A DNA stretch of 64,000 nt from Stegostoma tigrinum (taxonomy: Eukaryota), in assembly GCF_030684315.1 (NCBI RefSeq), contig NC_081378.1, positions 43,830,191 to 43,894,190 on the forward strand. Reading direction: 5' to 3'. Positions 12,231-24,700 of this stretch are shown piece after piece (the stretch's first letter is position 1; each line of letters opens with the position of its first letter). The translations under genes were made by a program, and so were the position numbers. Below the pieces are notes generated by a model, which made no database searches, had not been told where the DNA came from, and worked only from the letters and a program-made list of their open reading frames with translations.

Positions 12231-13344
12231 GTAAGATTCATGCTCAAGTGTTGTGCTGCTGTCCCATTGCTGCTGCTGTGAAATTCCTAGACAATTCTTT
12301 CACAGTATGCTACATTGGGGATTCTGCAAGGTCCCTTTTGCAACTCCCTTCTACACTACAATAATCATTGTTTGGTCATCATAAAACTCAGGCAGAAGAA
12401 CATTTTAAAAGAAGCTCCACATCAAACAGAACTCATATCTGTAACTACAGGAAAGGGTCTTGACAAAAACGGAATGGTTTCTCCACCAAAATGCAGTAAG
12501 TGGATGTTAGATACACAATACAAAATTAGGCAAATAAAGCCTATTCCTTTGGTGCATACAGTAGGCTTTGAGGACAGGGCCAACATGAAGATAATACGGT
12601 TTAAATTAACTCTATTTGTGCAGAGTGAAACTTGCTCATAAAGTTCTATCATTTTCTTCTTCTGTTTTGGTTATATTCACATCACAGACTGTAACCCATA
12701 TTCCACCAATGTTTTTATAGATAATGCTAGCATGAGCTGGTAGCCCTGATAATGAGAGCTTTTCAAAGGTGATAATACAAAGACAGGTCTTGAGTCTTTC
12801 AAGTGATTGTGATCCTTCCTTTCAGCAACTTGATCCAATGTGGGATTGTCCCTGGTTAGGGATGCTTGATGATACTCCATTTTGGAATTACACTGATGGT
12901 GTTGACTTGCTGCGCATTCAACCAAAACAACCAACATAGCTAACCAACAAAAAAATGGCTTGCACTGAAAGAGCAATGAAGTCCAATCTTTCATGAGATA
13001 GTTGTGTGTGTTGAATCTTTCAGTATGTTCTGCGCCTGAGGATAGGTTATCCAATGGACAGGTCATCAGATGGATAATAGTTTGGGCGAGCTTTGCAGGT
13101 GAAAGTTCAGGAGTTTGAAATGCACTTGTTATTAACTTCCCCCAAGTGTGTCAGACGCTTTTCGATTTGCAATGAAAATACAAATGAAGTCCCACCATTG
13201 GTGTGTGGCACTGTGATGGCCAACGTTTAGCACTGTGCATTGTGGTTGTGTCAATCTTGGTTCATATCCAAGTTTCGAAAATTATTCTAATTCTAAAACC
13301 TACTATGAGATCACAGTGAGGAATTACTCTTTAGTTAGTGTCAT

Positions 13345-13500
13345 GAGTTAGTCAGTAGCATGCTACTACTTGAGAAGCTCAGTGTTCAAGAATCACTCCA
13401 GAACTTGAGCACAATAGTCAAAGCTAACACTTATGTGCAGTCTTCTGGGAGTGTTGTATTGTTAGAGGTACTGACTCTTCTACTTCTAAGTCTTCTGTCC
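13345..13500 (+). mobile_element. SacSINE1-like 5' fragment
   Basis: gttcaagaatcactccagaacttgagcacaatagtcaaagctaacac. Confidence 0.6.
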
Positions 13501-13656
13501 TTCCAGACAATGGACTCAAAGGATATGGGGAGTGGGTAGACAAGAAAGTGGAGTTGAGACCATAATCAGATCTGATTGAATAATCATACTGAGTCACATG
13601 CTCAACTCCTCCTCCTAAGTTCTGTGTTCCTATGAAATTCATTGTACGTAGATAGT

Positions 13657-14005
13657 TTTTTAAAATTCATTGATGGGATGAGGGTGTCACTGGCAGCATT
13701 TAATAGTCATCCCTAATTTCCCAGAGGGCAATTCAGAGTCAACCACATTGCTGTGGGTCTGGAGTCACATGTAGGCCAGACCAGGTAAGAGGATGGCAGT
13801 TTCCTTCCCTGAAGGACATTAGTGAACCAGCTGGGTTTTTCCGATAATCAGCAACGGATTCACTGTTATCATTAGATTCTTAATTCCAGATATTTATTGA
13901 CTTCAAATTCCACCATCTCTTATGGCAGGATTCAAACCCAGGTCGCCAGAATGTTATCTGGGTCTCTGGATTAACTGTCCGTCAATAATAACACTGGGCC
14001 ATCGC
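13657..14005 (-). mobile_element. tRNA-derived SINE with L2-like tail
   Basis: Reverse complement of the 4047-4403 family along its full length. Confidence 0.88.
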
Positions 14006-15344
14006 TTATCTAATAGAAGTTTCAACTTTTAATGGTGGTCATGTGATGAATGATTGTTCTGTAATGCTATATCCCTGGAGGCACAAAATAGAACAAACTG
14101 TAACGGTGGAAAGCCACTCTGCCTGGTACTCACTTGTTCTGGGAGGTTTTTCAAACTTTCATTTCTCTCTTTCTCCAACTCTTTTCCTACTCTTGTGTTC
14201 CAATTTTTCTATCTGTCTCTTTCTGTTTGCCTTTAATTCACTTTATGTCCTACTTTCTCAATTCATAAATCTCCTTGATTAATGGCAAACAGTTGGTCAA
14301 GTCATTCAGCAAGACCCCTAATACTGTGTTGCCTTCACTATGAGTTATCAAATCGCAACACCAGTTTTCCACAGAGCGAGATTAATTACGTTAAATGTGC
14401 AAAATATTCGACTCACAGGTTATACAGTGAAAAGTTGTTCCAAGCCATTGTTGGATCTATATACAACTATGCACACACTGCCTTGCAGCTAAATTTGCAA
14501 AGTGCTCAATACGCAACAGTAGAACAAAACCAGCTAGTGACTTCAGTCCTATGGGACTCCTAGAGGAAATGTTTTGAAAATAAATCTTGCATACTCGAGA
14601 AATTAAAACAAAAATATATGCCATTGAAAAGTTAATTGCTTGTTGACTAGTTAATTGCACCAAACCTTTCCAAGCAAGCAATTATTCATCAAAGTGAATC
14701 ATGGGAGAGAACGTCAGCTATTCCTGATTGCAGACAAAACATGATTATGTGTCTGATGTATGTATTTCTGATTTCATTCCGAACAGCAAATAATGTAGCC
14801 GCTATAGTAAGTGTAGGATTTTGAACAAATGTAGGTTAATGTGACAAACCTTCATCGAGAAACCCAATATTTAGAACTTGACTCTCAATAGCATCCCAGG
14901 TGCAATCGCTCTGAGTGAGCTATATTGTTTCCCTTGAGTACTATCGTCAGGCTGACTGCTCACGGAGAGTTATTCACTCCAGTCTCTTTCAGACCTTTTA
15001 TACTTGACCCGCATTTGTCAATGCTCTGCTGATGCTGATAATGCATTTAGAGAAATACATTGTGCTTTAACTAAAGAGCATGTGCAACTGTCCCATTAAA
15101 ATTTCTAGAAATTGCAGTTCAGGAAGCTTGTGCACATGTTGGTCCTTTTAAAGTAAGCTTTAAAGTTTATTTGAGTAGCTACTTTTCAGATGCTCACACT
15201 CGCATGTAAGCTGCATGCAGCAGACTGGCACAGTGGCAGTGTACCAGCCCCGTAACCCAGAGGTCAAGTGATTGGACTGTTCTCTGCTTATTTGTGTGAC
15301 AGCATTACCACCAAAAGCATGCAGCCCCATGTACAAATTTTACA

Positions 15345-15570
15345 AGCACAGTTGGCCAGACAGCTGGTTTGTTGACACAGAGAGATATCAACAGCATGGG
15401 TTCAATTCTCACGCTGGCTGAGGTTCCTATGACCGACCTTCATTCACAATATCTCTCCTCGCCTGAGGAGTGGTGACCCTTAGCTTAAACCACTACCAGT
15501 CGTCTCTCTCTCTCTCTCTAATGAGAGAGCAGCCCTATAGTCCAATAAAATAATGACAGCTTTGCCTTTC
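15345..15570 (+). mobile_element. Further tRNA-derived SINE
   Basis: B-box gggttcaattct; body cgcctgaggagtggtgacccttag...accagtcgtctctctc...aatgagagagcagccc; related head on minus strand at ~51360-51430. Confidence 0.6.
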
Positions 15571-15587
15571 ACGCAGGCTGACTGTTC

Positions 15588-15750
15588 AAAAACAAAATAT
15601 TGTGGATGCTGGAAATCTGGAATGGAAATACAAACTGTTAGAAGTCCTTAGCAGATCTTGGCAGCATCTGTGAAGTGAGGGAAATGTTAAGGGGTCAGGC
15701 TGATGCCCTTTTGTCACAGCTGATACAAGTTAAAAATGTAACAGGTTCTC
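15588..15750 (-). mobile_element. Old PLE family B terminus
   Basis: aaaaacaaaatattgtggatgctggaaatctg...ggcagcatctgtgaag matches 51849-51960. Confidence 0.7.
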
Positions 15751-16552
15751 ACCCAGGTAAAGGAGGATTGGGAAAACGAATCGTTGGGGAAGCTTTGAGG
15801 ACAGGATTGATTAAATGACAGGGGCTGTTATGGCACAAAACAGGTCTTCCACCTCCACTCTTTTGTTGCCTAATTAAGGATGGTGAGCAGGACAGAGCTG
15901 CTGGTAGGACCAACAGGAGAACTGAACCACATGTCCAGCCAGTTCTCCCACATGGAGAGGTAATCAATGTTGATGAGGTTACTGTTGCCTTCCATTATGC
16001 GGGGAATTCAATGGGGTGGAGTCATAAATTCATCAATTTCCTGAGTGTAAACGGCTGCAACAACACCCAGAATGGGCAGGGTAACTGCCTTAAACTGTGG
16101 GGGACAGCAATACCCAGTGATGTGAGGCTCTTTGTAAGGAAACAGTTTTGCACATAGAGCCATGCACTGTCCAGGGAACAGATCTAATCACTGTTGATCC
16201 TCATGCATTGGCTCCCCTGCCCCAGGCATCATTGGCCACTTCATTCACATCAACATGCTTGGACACTGATGCCAGAGAAAGATTAGTGATGTTTTAGCCC
16301 ATTGGAGTCAGTATAACACATAACCCTGTCCTTTTTGCTTCAGGATGCTGCAGCAGGCTCTCAATACAGCCATCAATCCACGGTACATCTTGTATGGGCA
16401 TGGAGTTAGGCATCACATCTGGCTCAGTTATTTTTAGGTCTATGCGGACACTCAAACAAACTGATACAGTACAAAACCATTTGGACCTATACAAATGTTG
16501 GAATTCATTCACAGTGTACTAACATACCTGCCACCAAAGCACACTTGAAAGG

Positions 16553-16618
16553 TTTCTTTCGTTCTTTCTTTCTTTGTTTCTTTCTTTCTTCTTTCTTGCT
16601 TTCTTTCTTTGTTTCTTT
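16553..16618. repeat. (TTTC)n microsatellite
   Basis: Imperfect TTTC tandem running into the gap. Confidence 0.95.
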
Positions 16619-16759
16619 NNNNNNNNNNNNNNNNNNNNNNNNNNNNNNNNNNNNNNNNNNNNNNNNNNNNNNNNNNNNNNNNNNNNNNNNNNNNNNNNNN
16701 NNNNNNNNNNNNNNNNNNNNNNNNNNNNNNNNNNNNNNNNNNNNNNNNNNNNNNNNNNN
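16619..16759. other. Assembly gap
   Basis: Run of 141 N. Confidence 1.
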
Positions 16760-16879
16760 TTAGTTTTATCCCGTGTTCTGCCCATTGGTGCGCATTGGTC
16801 CTGGAGGTGCCTAATGATTCAGCAAAATTTGCATTTGGATGCCTTCTAGGTGCTGAGGATCTCCCAGTCTGAGGCAAGT

Positions 16880-18250
16880 GGACCCTTCATGGCTTGAAGT
16901 TTCAAGGGTCAGAGAGGGGCAGGCAGGGTGAGAGGGTGGAAAGCCAGACTTCTGTGTGTGTAATGTCATCAGGGGGAGCTTTTGAGGGGATTGTGCGTGC
17001 GTCCACCTCTGGACTTGGTGTCTCCTGACATTGCCTTGTAAGTGCTAGGTTTCTCCATTCCCCATCGGTCCTGAGGACCAATGGCAGGGAGATGGAGCGC
17101 AGGTATGTGCATCTTTTAAGCAGACCCTCAGTGTGCTGTACCTGGCTCTTGATGGCAGCTGCCGAGCTGCCCGTGGAAGCAGTCAAATGAACACATGTTT
17201 TGGTCAGATAGGGACCTCATGGCGTAGCGCAGGTCGCCAGCAGTCCTTGGAGTTCCAATGTCCTAGGGACGTTTCTTCCTCAGCTGTTTTTTCACCAAAC
17301 CCATGGATATCTCGCTGGTACCTGCAAGACCCAAGGGAGAAAAGACATTAACAACAGTAAATGCAACCCTCTTCTCTCTGCCATCTCAAACTCACTTTAT
17401 CTCCATTGTTGCCCGCACTTTGAGTCAAGACCCATGTTCTGCCACTGTTACTATTGCCTAAATCTTCTTCACTCACTCACTTTCACCTCCCACCCAGTCA
17501 TACTGTTAACCCTGCAAGGCCTCTGTGCTGCTGCTTACTCACTCACCATCTTTCAGAGGAGAAAAGGCTCATGGCCCCCAGCTAGAGGTAACATGCAATG
17601 GATGGCACAGCTAATGGTTAATGTGAGAGACATAGTGAAATGAAAAGTGGCCCTTACTCAGTTGATGGGAGTGGTCTTCTCCTGCAAGGAGCAGGATTCT
17701 CTCCTCTGAGGGGGCAAGGAGTCTAACGTTGGGCACCCCTCCTCCCCTATAAGCTCTCTCTGCCCCATTGTGTGCTGTCTACTCCTGGAAAGGGAGACAT
17801 TGAGTGAGATGGAAGTGGGTAGCACAGTTACTGCAGGCAACGAAAGATGGTGAGGTGCTCCTTGGGAATGAGGAGGCAGCAGCACAGAGGCCTTGCAGGG
17901 TTAGCGGTATGAGAGGGTAGGGGTAAGCAGGAGTGAGTGACGATGGTGTAGGCAATAGAGGCAGTGGCAGAACACGGGTCTTGACTGATGGTGGAGGCAA
18001 CAATGGAGATAGAGTGAGTGTGAGATGGCAGAGAGCAGAGAGTGGCATTTACTGTTGTTGTGACACTGGCCCTTCCTCTGGACTGTGGAGGACCCTCTGG
18101 GCTTGGAACAGGCAGCCAGAGTCGGGGGCATGGCGTTCTCTGTTAGTCAGCTGGGTTAAGGAAGGGACATTGCTTTGCTGCACCACCCCTCCACCAGGAT
18201 CTCCAGTACTCTGTCAGAAATGCAAAGCCATCTTCCCCTTCTTTGACATG
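16880..18250 (-). pseudogene. Harbinger Myb/SANT-like partner gene relic, three exons
   Basis: Start MSKKGKMALHF at 18249; exon 2 at 17784-17658 (ctccctttccag|E*TAHNGAERAYRGGGVPNVRLLAPSEERILLLAGED|gtaagg); exon 3 acceptor cttgggtcttgcag at 17321. Confidence 0.72.
17350..18059. repeat. Inverted repeat, ~200-bp arms (17350-17554 / 17842-18059)
   Basis: aacaacagtaaatgc...aaccctgcaaggcctctgtgctgctgc is the diverged reverse complement of gcagcagcacagaggccttgcagggtt...gcatttactgttgtt. Confidence 0.9.
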
Positions 18251-19790
18251 ATTGCCCATCACTCAGCAGAGCAGCTTTGGAACTCGGGTTCGCAGTGACT
18301 TTCTAAATATAACACAGGCACCGGGACTGCTAGTGAATGTCTACTGAGTGGCGAGTTATTCCTTGAATGGCATTTAGTAAAGTGGGGTTATAACCAAATG
18401 AGCAGAATGTCATAGGGATGAGGTACATAGTTTATGAGGCATCTGTGTATAGTAAAATACAGCGAGAAATCTTGTAGGCCTCACAGTGAAAAGCCCTTTA
18501 AAAAACTTGACACAACGAGCACTTAGTCCAAAAAATGCATAAAATTCAACCTGTAGACTTTTCTATGTGCAAGTTAACATCTCCACTTCCTGCATCACTT
18601 CAGTAGCCAGACTTTAAAAACTGCTTGATTAGCTGCAAAATGCTTTGACCATCCTAAGGTGATGGAGAAATGTAGGGCTTTTCTTTTCCTTTATGTTTTG
18701 CACCTTCAGAGAGGAAAATTAACAATTTTCGCCCATGCTCAGGAATTTTTCAGTTTCCTATGAGTGTAGCTCATGAAGTGGGGGTGGTTGGTAGGAAAAC
18801 ATTTCTCGAAAGCCACGTGAGAGAGATGAGGTTTCAATGGTCGTGTTTGTCAACACAGTAAAATCGCAGATAAAAATCAGAGAGATGATTGGCCGGACAC
18901 CAGCACAAACCAGTCTCACTCGATAAAAGATGACAAAAAATGTCTGCTTGTGCCTGATTTATGAGATGAAAATCTCTTGATCGTCTAGGTGGCAGATTTA
19001 TTAAGCGCAGCAGCAATCCCAAAGCCATATGTTCATAACACAAGCAACTTAAACAATATTATTCAGCAGCTCACCAGGGTACAGTACCCTGATGAACTGG
19101 GCTGTCATAACAAAATCCTGACATGCCTTTTATTAATTTTGTTATCCATATTCTGAAATAGGAGGAGGAACTATTTAAATCTCAACTCAAATGAAATGAC
19201 AAACTTCATCTGATATTGCTACAGCTGTACCATGCTTATCCAGATGGGTCAGTTATTTGAGTTCATTTTGTTTAGAGGACAAGACAGAATTAATCTCATC
19301 CACACATCCAGGTCTTATCGATATGGGGATGGATCCCTGTCTAAGCACTGCTGCATGTGATTGCAATTTCGTTGTGTTCACCTCCAAACAACAAAAAACT
19401 GTGAATGGGAGAATTCACATTTATGGGCTCCCGAGTAATTTTGACTTCCAGATACTTTGCTCATCAGTGTTTCCTGAAATCGCAAGACCAGTTTTATGAA
19501 CCTGAGCCAACCCCCTCAAAATATATTAAGAAGATTGTCTAGACCCTAGCTTTTTCTTACTTGAAAGGTGTGAGTGAGATGTTGCATTCTAGCTGCAATC
19601 TGATTGTTCAGAATAATAGATTATTTTATTACTAAACAGTAACTGTTCCAATATTGTAACATCATCCCATAAGCACACCTTTCACAAAGGCAAATCCAAA
19701 AAAATAAATTGTCTCACAGGTGATTCGCCAATCCCTAAGGCAACCTATCAAGATAAATTTCTGAGAGAGAGAGAGTAGTCGCGAGATGTC

Positions 19791-20189
19791 TCTGATCGGC
19801 TGCAGAACATTCTGAAGGGGGAGGGCAAACAGCCAGTTGTCATGGTGCATATAGGCACCGACGATATAGGCAGAAAACGGGATGAGGTCCTACAAGCAGA
19901 ATTTAGGGAGTTAGGAGCCAAGTTAAAAAGTAGGACCTCAAAGGTAGTAATCTCAGGATTGCTATCAGTGCCACGTGCTAGTCAGTGCAGAAATGAAAGA
20001 ATAGCCAGGATGAATGCGTGGCTTGAGAGATGGTGTAGGAGGGAGGGGTTCAGATTTTTGGGACATTGGAACCGGTTCTGAGGAAGGTTATTTACAAATT
20101 ACAAATTGGACGGTCTGCACCTGAACCGGACTGGAACCAATGTCCTTGGGGCTGCTTTTGCTAATGCTGTGGGGGAGGGTTTAAACTAA
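19791..20189 (+). pseudogene. CR1 ORF1 SGNH/GDSL esterase domain (partial)
   Basis: VHIGTDDIG...VVISGLL...DGLHLNRTG; in-frame TGA at 20079-20081; terminal TAA at 20187-20189. Confidence 0.9.
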
Positions 20190-23100
20190 TGTGGCAGGGG
20201 GATGGGAACCAAATATTGGACAGAAAGGAGGTAGAAACGAAAGCCTGTAGGGAACTAGATAATGGAGTCAGTGTGAATAAAGGGAAGAGTAGTCGGGGAG
20301 CAGATGATGAACACAAAGGGACAGGTGGTCTGAGGGGCATTTGTTTTAACGTGAGAAGTGTAGTAGACAAGGCAGATGAGCTTAGGGCTTGGATCGGTAC
20401 CTGGAGGTATGATGTTATTGCTATTACTGAGACTTGGTTGAGGGAAGGGCATGACTGGCAACTAGTTGTCCCAGGATATCGATGCTTCAGGCGGGATGGA
20501 GAGGGAAGTAAAAGGGGTGGAGGAGTTGCATTACTGGTCAAAGACGATATCACAGCCGCACTGAAGGAGGGCCCCATGGAGGACTCAAGCAGTGAGACGA
20601 TATGGGTAGAACTTAGAAATAGGAAGGATGCAGTAACAATGCTGGGGCTGTACTACAGGCCTCCCAACAGCGAGCGTGAGATAGAGGTACAAATATGTAA
20701 ACAGATAATGGAAAGGTGTAGGAGAAACAGGGTGGTGGTGATGGGAGATTTAAATTTTCCCAACATTGACTGGGATTCACTAGTGTTAGGGATCAAGACA
20801 GAGCAGAATTTGTAAGGTGTGTCCAGGAGGGTTTTCTAGAGTAGTGTGTATGTAGCCCAACTTGGGAAAGGGCCATACTGGACCTGGTGCTGGGGAAAGA
20901 ACCCGGCCAGGTGGTTGATATTATGGTAGGGGACTACTTTGGAAATAGCGACCACAGTCCGTAAGTTTTACAATACTCATGGACAAGGATAGGAGTGGTC
21001 CTAAAAGAAGAGTACTAAACTGGGGGAAGGCTGACTATACCAAGATTCGGCAGGATCTGAGGAATGTAGATTGGGAGAAACTGTTTGAAGGTAAATCCAC
21101 ATTTGATATGTGGGAGGCTTTTAAGGAGAGGTTGATTAGTATGCAGGAGAGACATGTTCCTGTGAAAATGAGGAATAGAAAAGGCAAGATTAGGGAGCCA
21201 TGGATGACAGGTGAAATTGTGAGACAAGCCAAGAGAAAAAAGGAAGCATACATGAGGTCTAGGCGACTGAAGACAGACAAAGCTTTGCAAGAATATCGGG
21301 AATGTAGAGCAAATCTGAAAAAAGGGATTAAGAGGGCTAAGAGAGGACATGAGATCTTGCTGGCAAACATGGTTAAGGGAAATCCCAACGCCTTTTATTC
21401 ATATATAAAGAGCAAAAGGGTAACTAGAGAAAGGATTGGCCTACTTAAGGACAAAGAAGGAAAGTTATGCACTGAGTCAGAGAAAATGGGTGACATTCTT
21501 AACAAGTACTTTGCATCGGTATTCACCAAGGAGAGGGACATGACGGATGTTGAGGTTAGGGATAGATGTTTGCTTAGTCTAGGTCAAGTTGACATAAGGA
21601 AGGAGGAAGTGTAAGGTATCCTAAAAGACATTAAGGTGGGCAAGTCCCCAGGTCTGGATGGGGTCTATCCCAAGTTACTGAGAGAAGCGAGAGAGGAAAT
21701 AGCCGGGGTCCTAACAGATATCTTTGCAGTGTCCTTAGACACGGGTGAGGTCCCAGAGGACTGGAGACTTGCTAATGTTGTCCCCTTGTTTAAAAAGGGC
21801 AGCAAGGATAATCCAGGTAATTATCGACCGGTGAGCCTGACGTCAGTGGTAGGGAAGCTACTGGAGAAGATACTGAGGGATAGGATCTATTCCCATTTGG
21901 AAGAAAATGGGCTTATCAGTGATAGGCAACATGGTTTTGTACAGGGAATGTCATGTCTTACTAACTTAATAGAAGTCTTTGAGGACGTGACAAAGTTGAT
22001 TGATGAGGGAAAGGCTGTAGATGTCATATACATGGACTTCAGTAAGGCGTTTGATAAGGTTCCCCATAGCAGGCTGATGGAGAAAGTGAAGTCACATGGG
22101 GTCCAGGGCGTGCTAGCTAGATGGATAAAAAAACTGGCTGGGCAACAGGAGACAATGGGTAGTAGTAGAAGGGGGTTTCTCAAATTGGAGACCTGTAACC
22201 AGTGGTGTTCCACAGGGATCTGTGCTGGGACCACTGCTGTTTGTGATATATGTAAATGATCTGGAGGAAGGTGTAGGTGGTCTGATCAGCAAATTTGCTG
22301 ATGACACTAAGATTGGTGGAGTAGCAGATAGTGAAGGGGGCTGTCAGAAATTACAGCAAAATATAGATAGACTGGAGAGTTGGGCAGATAAATGGCAGAT
22401 GGAGTTCAACCCCGGCAAATGCGAGGTGATGCATTTTGGAAGATCAAATTCAAGGGTGAACTATACAGTAAATGGAAAAGTCCTAGGGAAAATTGATAAA
22501 CAGAGAGATCTGGGTGTTCAGGTCCATGGTTCCCTGAAGGTGACAACGCAGGTCAATAGGGTTGTCAAGAAGGCATATGACATGCTTTCCTTCATTGAGC
22601 GGGGTATTGAGTACAAGAGTTGGCAGGTCATGTTGCAGTTGTATAGGACTTCGGTTTGGCCACATTTGGAGTACTGTGGAGAGAGATAATGGGAACTGCA
22701 GATGCTGGAGAATTCCAAGATAATAAAATGTGAGGCTGGATGAACACAGCAGGCCAAGCAGCATCTCAGGAGCACAAAAGCTGACGTTTCGGGCCTAGAC
22801 CCTTCACTGTGTACAGTTCTGGTCACCACATTAACCAAAAGGATGTGGATGCTTTGGAGAGGGTGCAGAGGAGGTTCACCAGAATGTTGCCTGGTATGGA
22901 GGGTGCTAGATATGAAGAGAGGTTGAATAGATTAGGATTATTTTCATTAGAAATACGGAGATTGAGAGGGGTACCTGATTGAGGTCTACAAAATCATGAG
23001 GGGTATAGACAGGGCGGATAACAAAAAGCTTTTTCCCAGAATGGGGGACTTGATTACTAGGGGTCATGAGTTCAAAGTGAGAGGTGGAAAGTTTAAGGGA

Positions 23101-23262
23101 GATATGCATGGAAAGTTCTTTACACAGAGGGTGGTGGGTGCCTGGAACGCGTTGCCAGCAGAGGTGGTAGACGCAGACTCGTTAGCGTCTTTTAAGATAT
23201 ATTTGGGCAGGTACATGGATTGGCAGGGAGGAAATGGACACAGACCGTTAGAAAATAGATGA
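20189..23262 (+). pseudogene. CR1 ORF2 endonuclease-reverse transcriptase
   Basis: IAITETWL, GGGVALLV, YYRPP, MGDLNFP (APE); NYRPVSLTS, DFSKAFDKVPH, LGPLLF, KFADD (RT); frameshifts near 20790 and 22130, stop at 21612, PLE insertion at 22679. Confidence 0.96.
22679..22805 (-). mobile_element. PLE family A terminus inserted in CR1 ORF2
   Basis: Nearly identical to 220-341; 6-bp TSD actgtg at 22673-22678 and 22806-22811 splits HLEYC|VQFWSPH. Confidence 0.93.
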
Positions 23263-24479
23263 CAGGTTAGACAGGCTTGGAGGGCCGAAGGACCTGTTCC
23301 TGTGCTGTAGGTTTCTATGTTTCTTTGAGAAATGTACTGCAGCGCCCACCCAGTTTCAAGACCCAGCAATTGTGATGACTGATAAACTAAAAGTAAAAAT
23401 CCTGGTTCTGTGGGAACTTGCCACACTCGTTCTGGCTGCTTCCATTGTTCAACCTTAGACAACACCCCAAAGCCTTATGAGCTGTTTACTTTATGGGATT
23501 TAATTAGACAGCTCATCATCTTTGTTTTAAAGCCTCTTGAACAAAAAATCCAGGACAAAATATTCCTCTTAACGCCATCATATTGTCACTCTTGTCTATT
23601 TTTTTTGCACTTTGTTGCTTTGAGAGTGTTAGTGTACTTCTATGACATGGAGTTCAACTCCAACACCAATTTAACTCCTGCTTGAGTCACCTGTTCAGTG
23701 AAAGGGAGCCAGGTTTGGGACAGTTGACCAGTGCACAGTGTAAGTTAGGCACGCTGATATAAAGTTCTCCTGTTTCGAACTGAACCAGAGTCAAGATGAG
23801 TTTTGTTAGACAATGATTCACCTGTGATGTTCCCTTTTTCCATTCTGCTCAAATATCTCTGGGATCAGTTTTAAGTTCTATCTGGCAGAACATTCTGTCC
23901 CACTGTTGAAATGCAGCTGGACACCTATACCACCTCTGTCAGACCCTCTCACAGCCGCAGAGCTGTTCGTATTGATTGAACAGAAAATCCCTGCAATGAA
24001 ACATTGGACAAAACTGTTTGCATGCAATTGCATATTTACATTAACGTCTTATGATAAACCAATCTTTTTAATAGACAGTATGCTATTTTCCCACACAGTG
24101 GCAACTCCAGGCATGAGAGCTTAAGGGATATCAGGAGACTGCAGCTCCTGGCTTCTTCTCCAGATATCCATCTTGGCCATGAGATCGCTCACTCCATGGG
24201 TAGCATCTGCCTTTATCCTTTGTCCACAGAGTGACATGTCAGCAAAGCACCTGCCTCACTACATCATTGGGACACATTCTAAACTCATTCTTAGCACAGT
24301 ACAGCTCTCAATTTGCACTTTGGAGCTTATCAGCACCTTACGTTGCAATGCTGCTGCCAGGTTCCATTTGTGCAGGTTCAGATATGCATCTCATGCATCA
24401 CAACAGTTGCCTGGTTGTATGGCTGCCATAATTGGCAATGGCAAGGCAAGGCAAAAAACAAGATAAGAATGTGGCAAGC

Positions 24480-24700
24480 TTACAAGTAGGCACCAAATGA
24501 GCAAGCCAGAAGATGTGAGATATGTCTGGTTCATACCGTGAGCTGCTTGTCCATCCATAAATGCAAAGCATACTTGCAAGAGTCTTTCAGGTGGTTGCTG
24601 GTGCACCCTGCAATGCAGGGCTATCCTTTCTGCATCATCGAGATCGATCTTGTGAGACCCCTCATGTAACTCCAGGATAAACCTCATTAGAGTTCACATT
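24480..24700 (-). pseudogene. Possible HARBI1-like transposase fragment
   Basis: RKG...NHLK(R)LLQVCFAF resembles the RKGFHSINVQLVCDH..RILQVCARF motif; heavily decayed. Confidence 0.35.

Larger units (their letters stand above)
19781..23326 (+). mobile_element. CR1 LINE, 5'-truncated, with ORF1 C-terminus and full but disrupted ORF2
   Basis: Esterase ORF1, APE endonuclease, RT, CR1 C-terminal motifs, 3' hairpin region and ttctatgttcttt tail. Confidence 0.97.

Noticed and set aside
12315-13066. Cluster of 76-129 aa ORFs, faint piggyBac-like impression on the minus strand
   Set aside because: No diagnostic motif could be matched with confidence.
16509-16877. ORFs spanning the N run
   Set aside because: Artefacts of the assembly gap and TTTC microsatellite.
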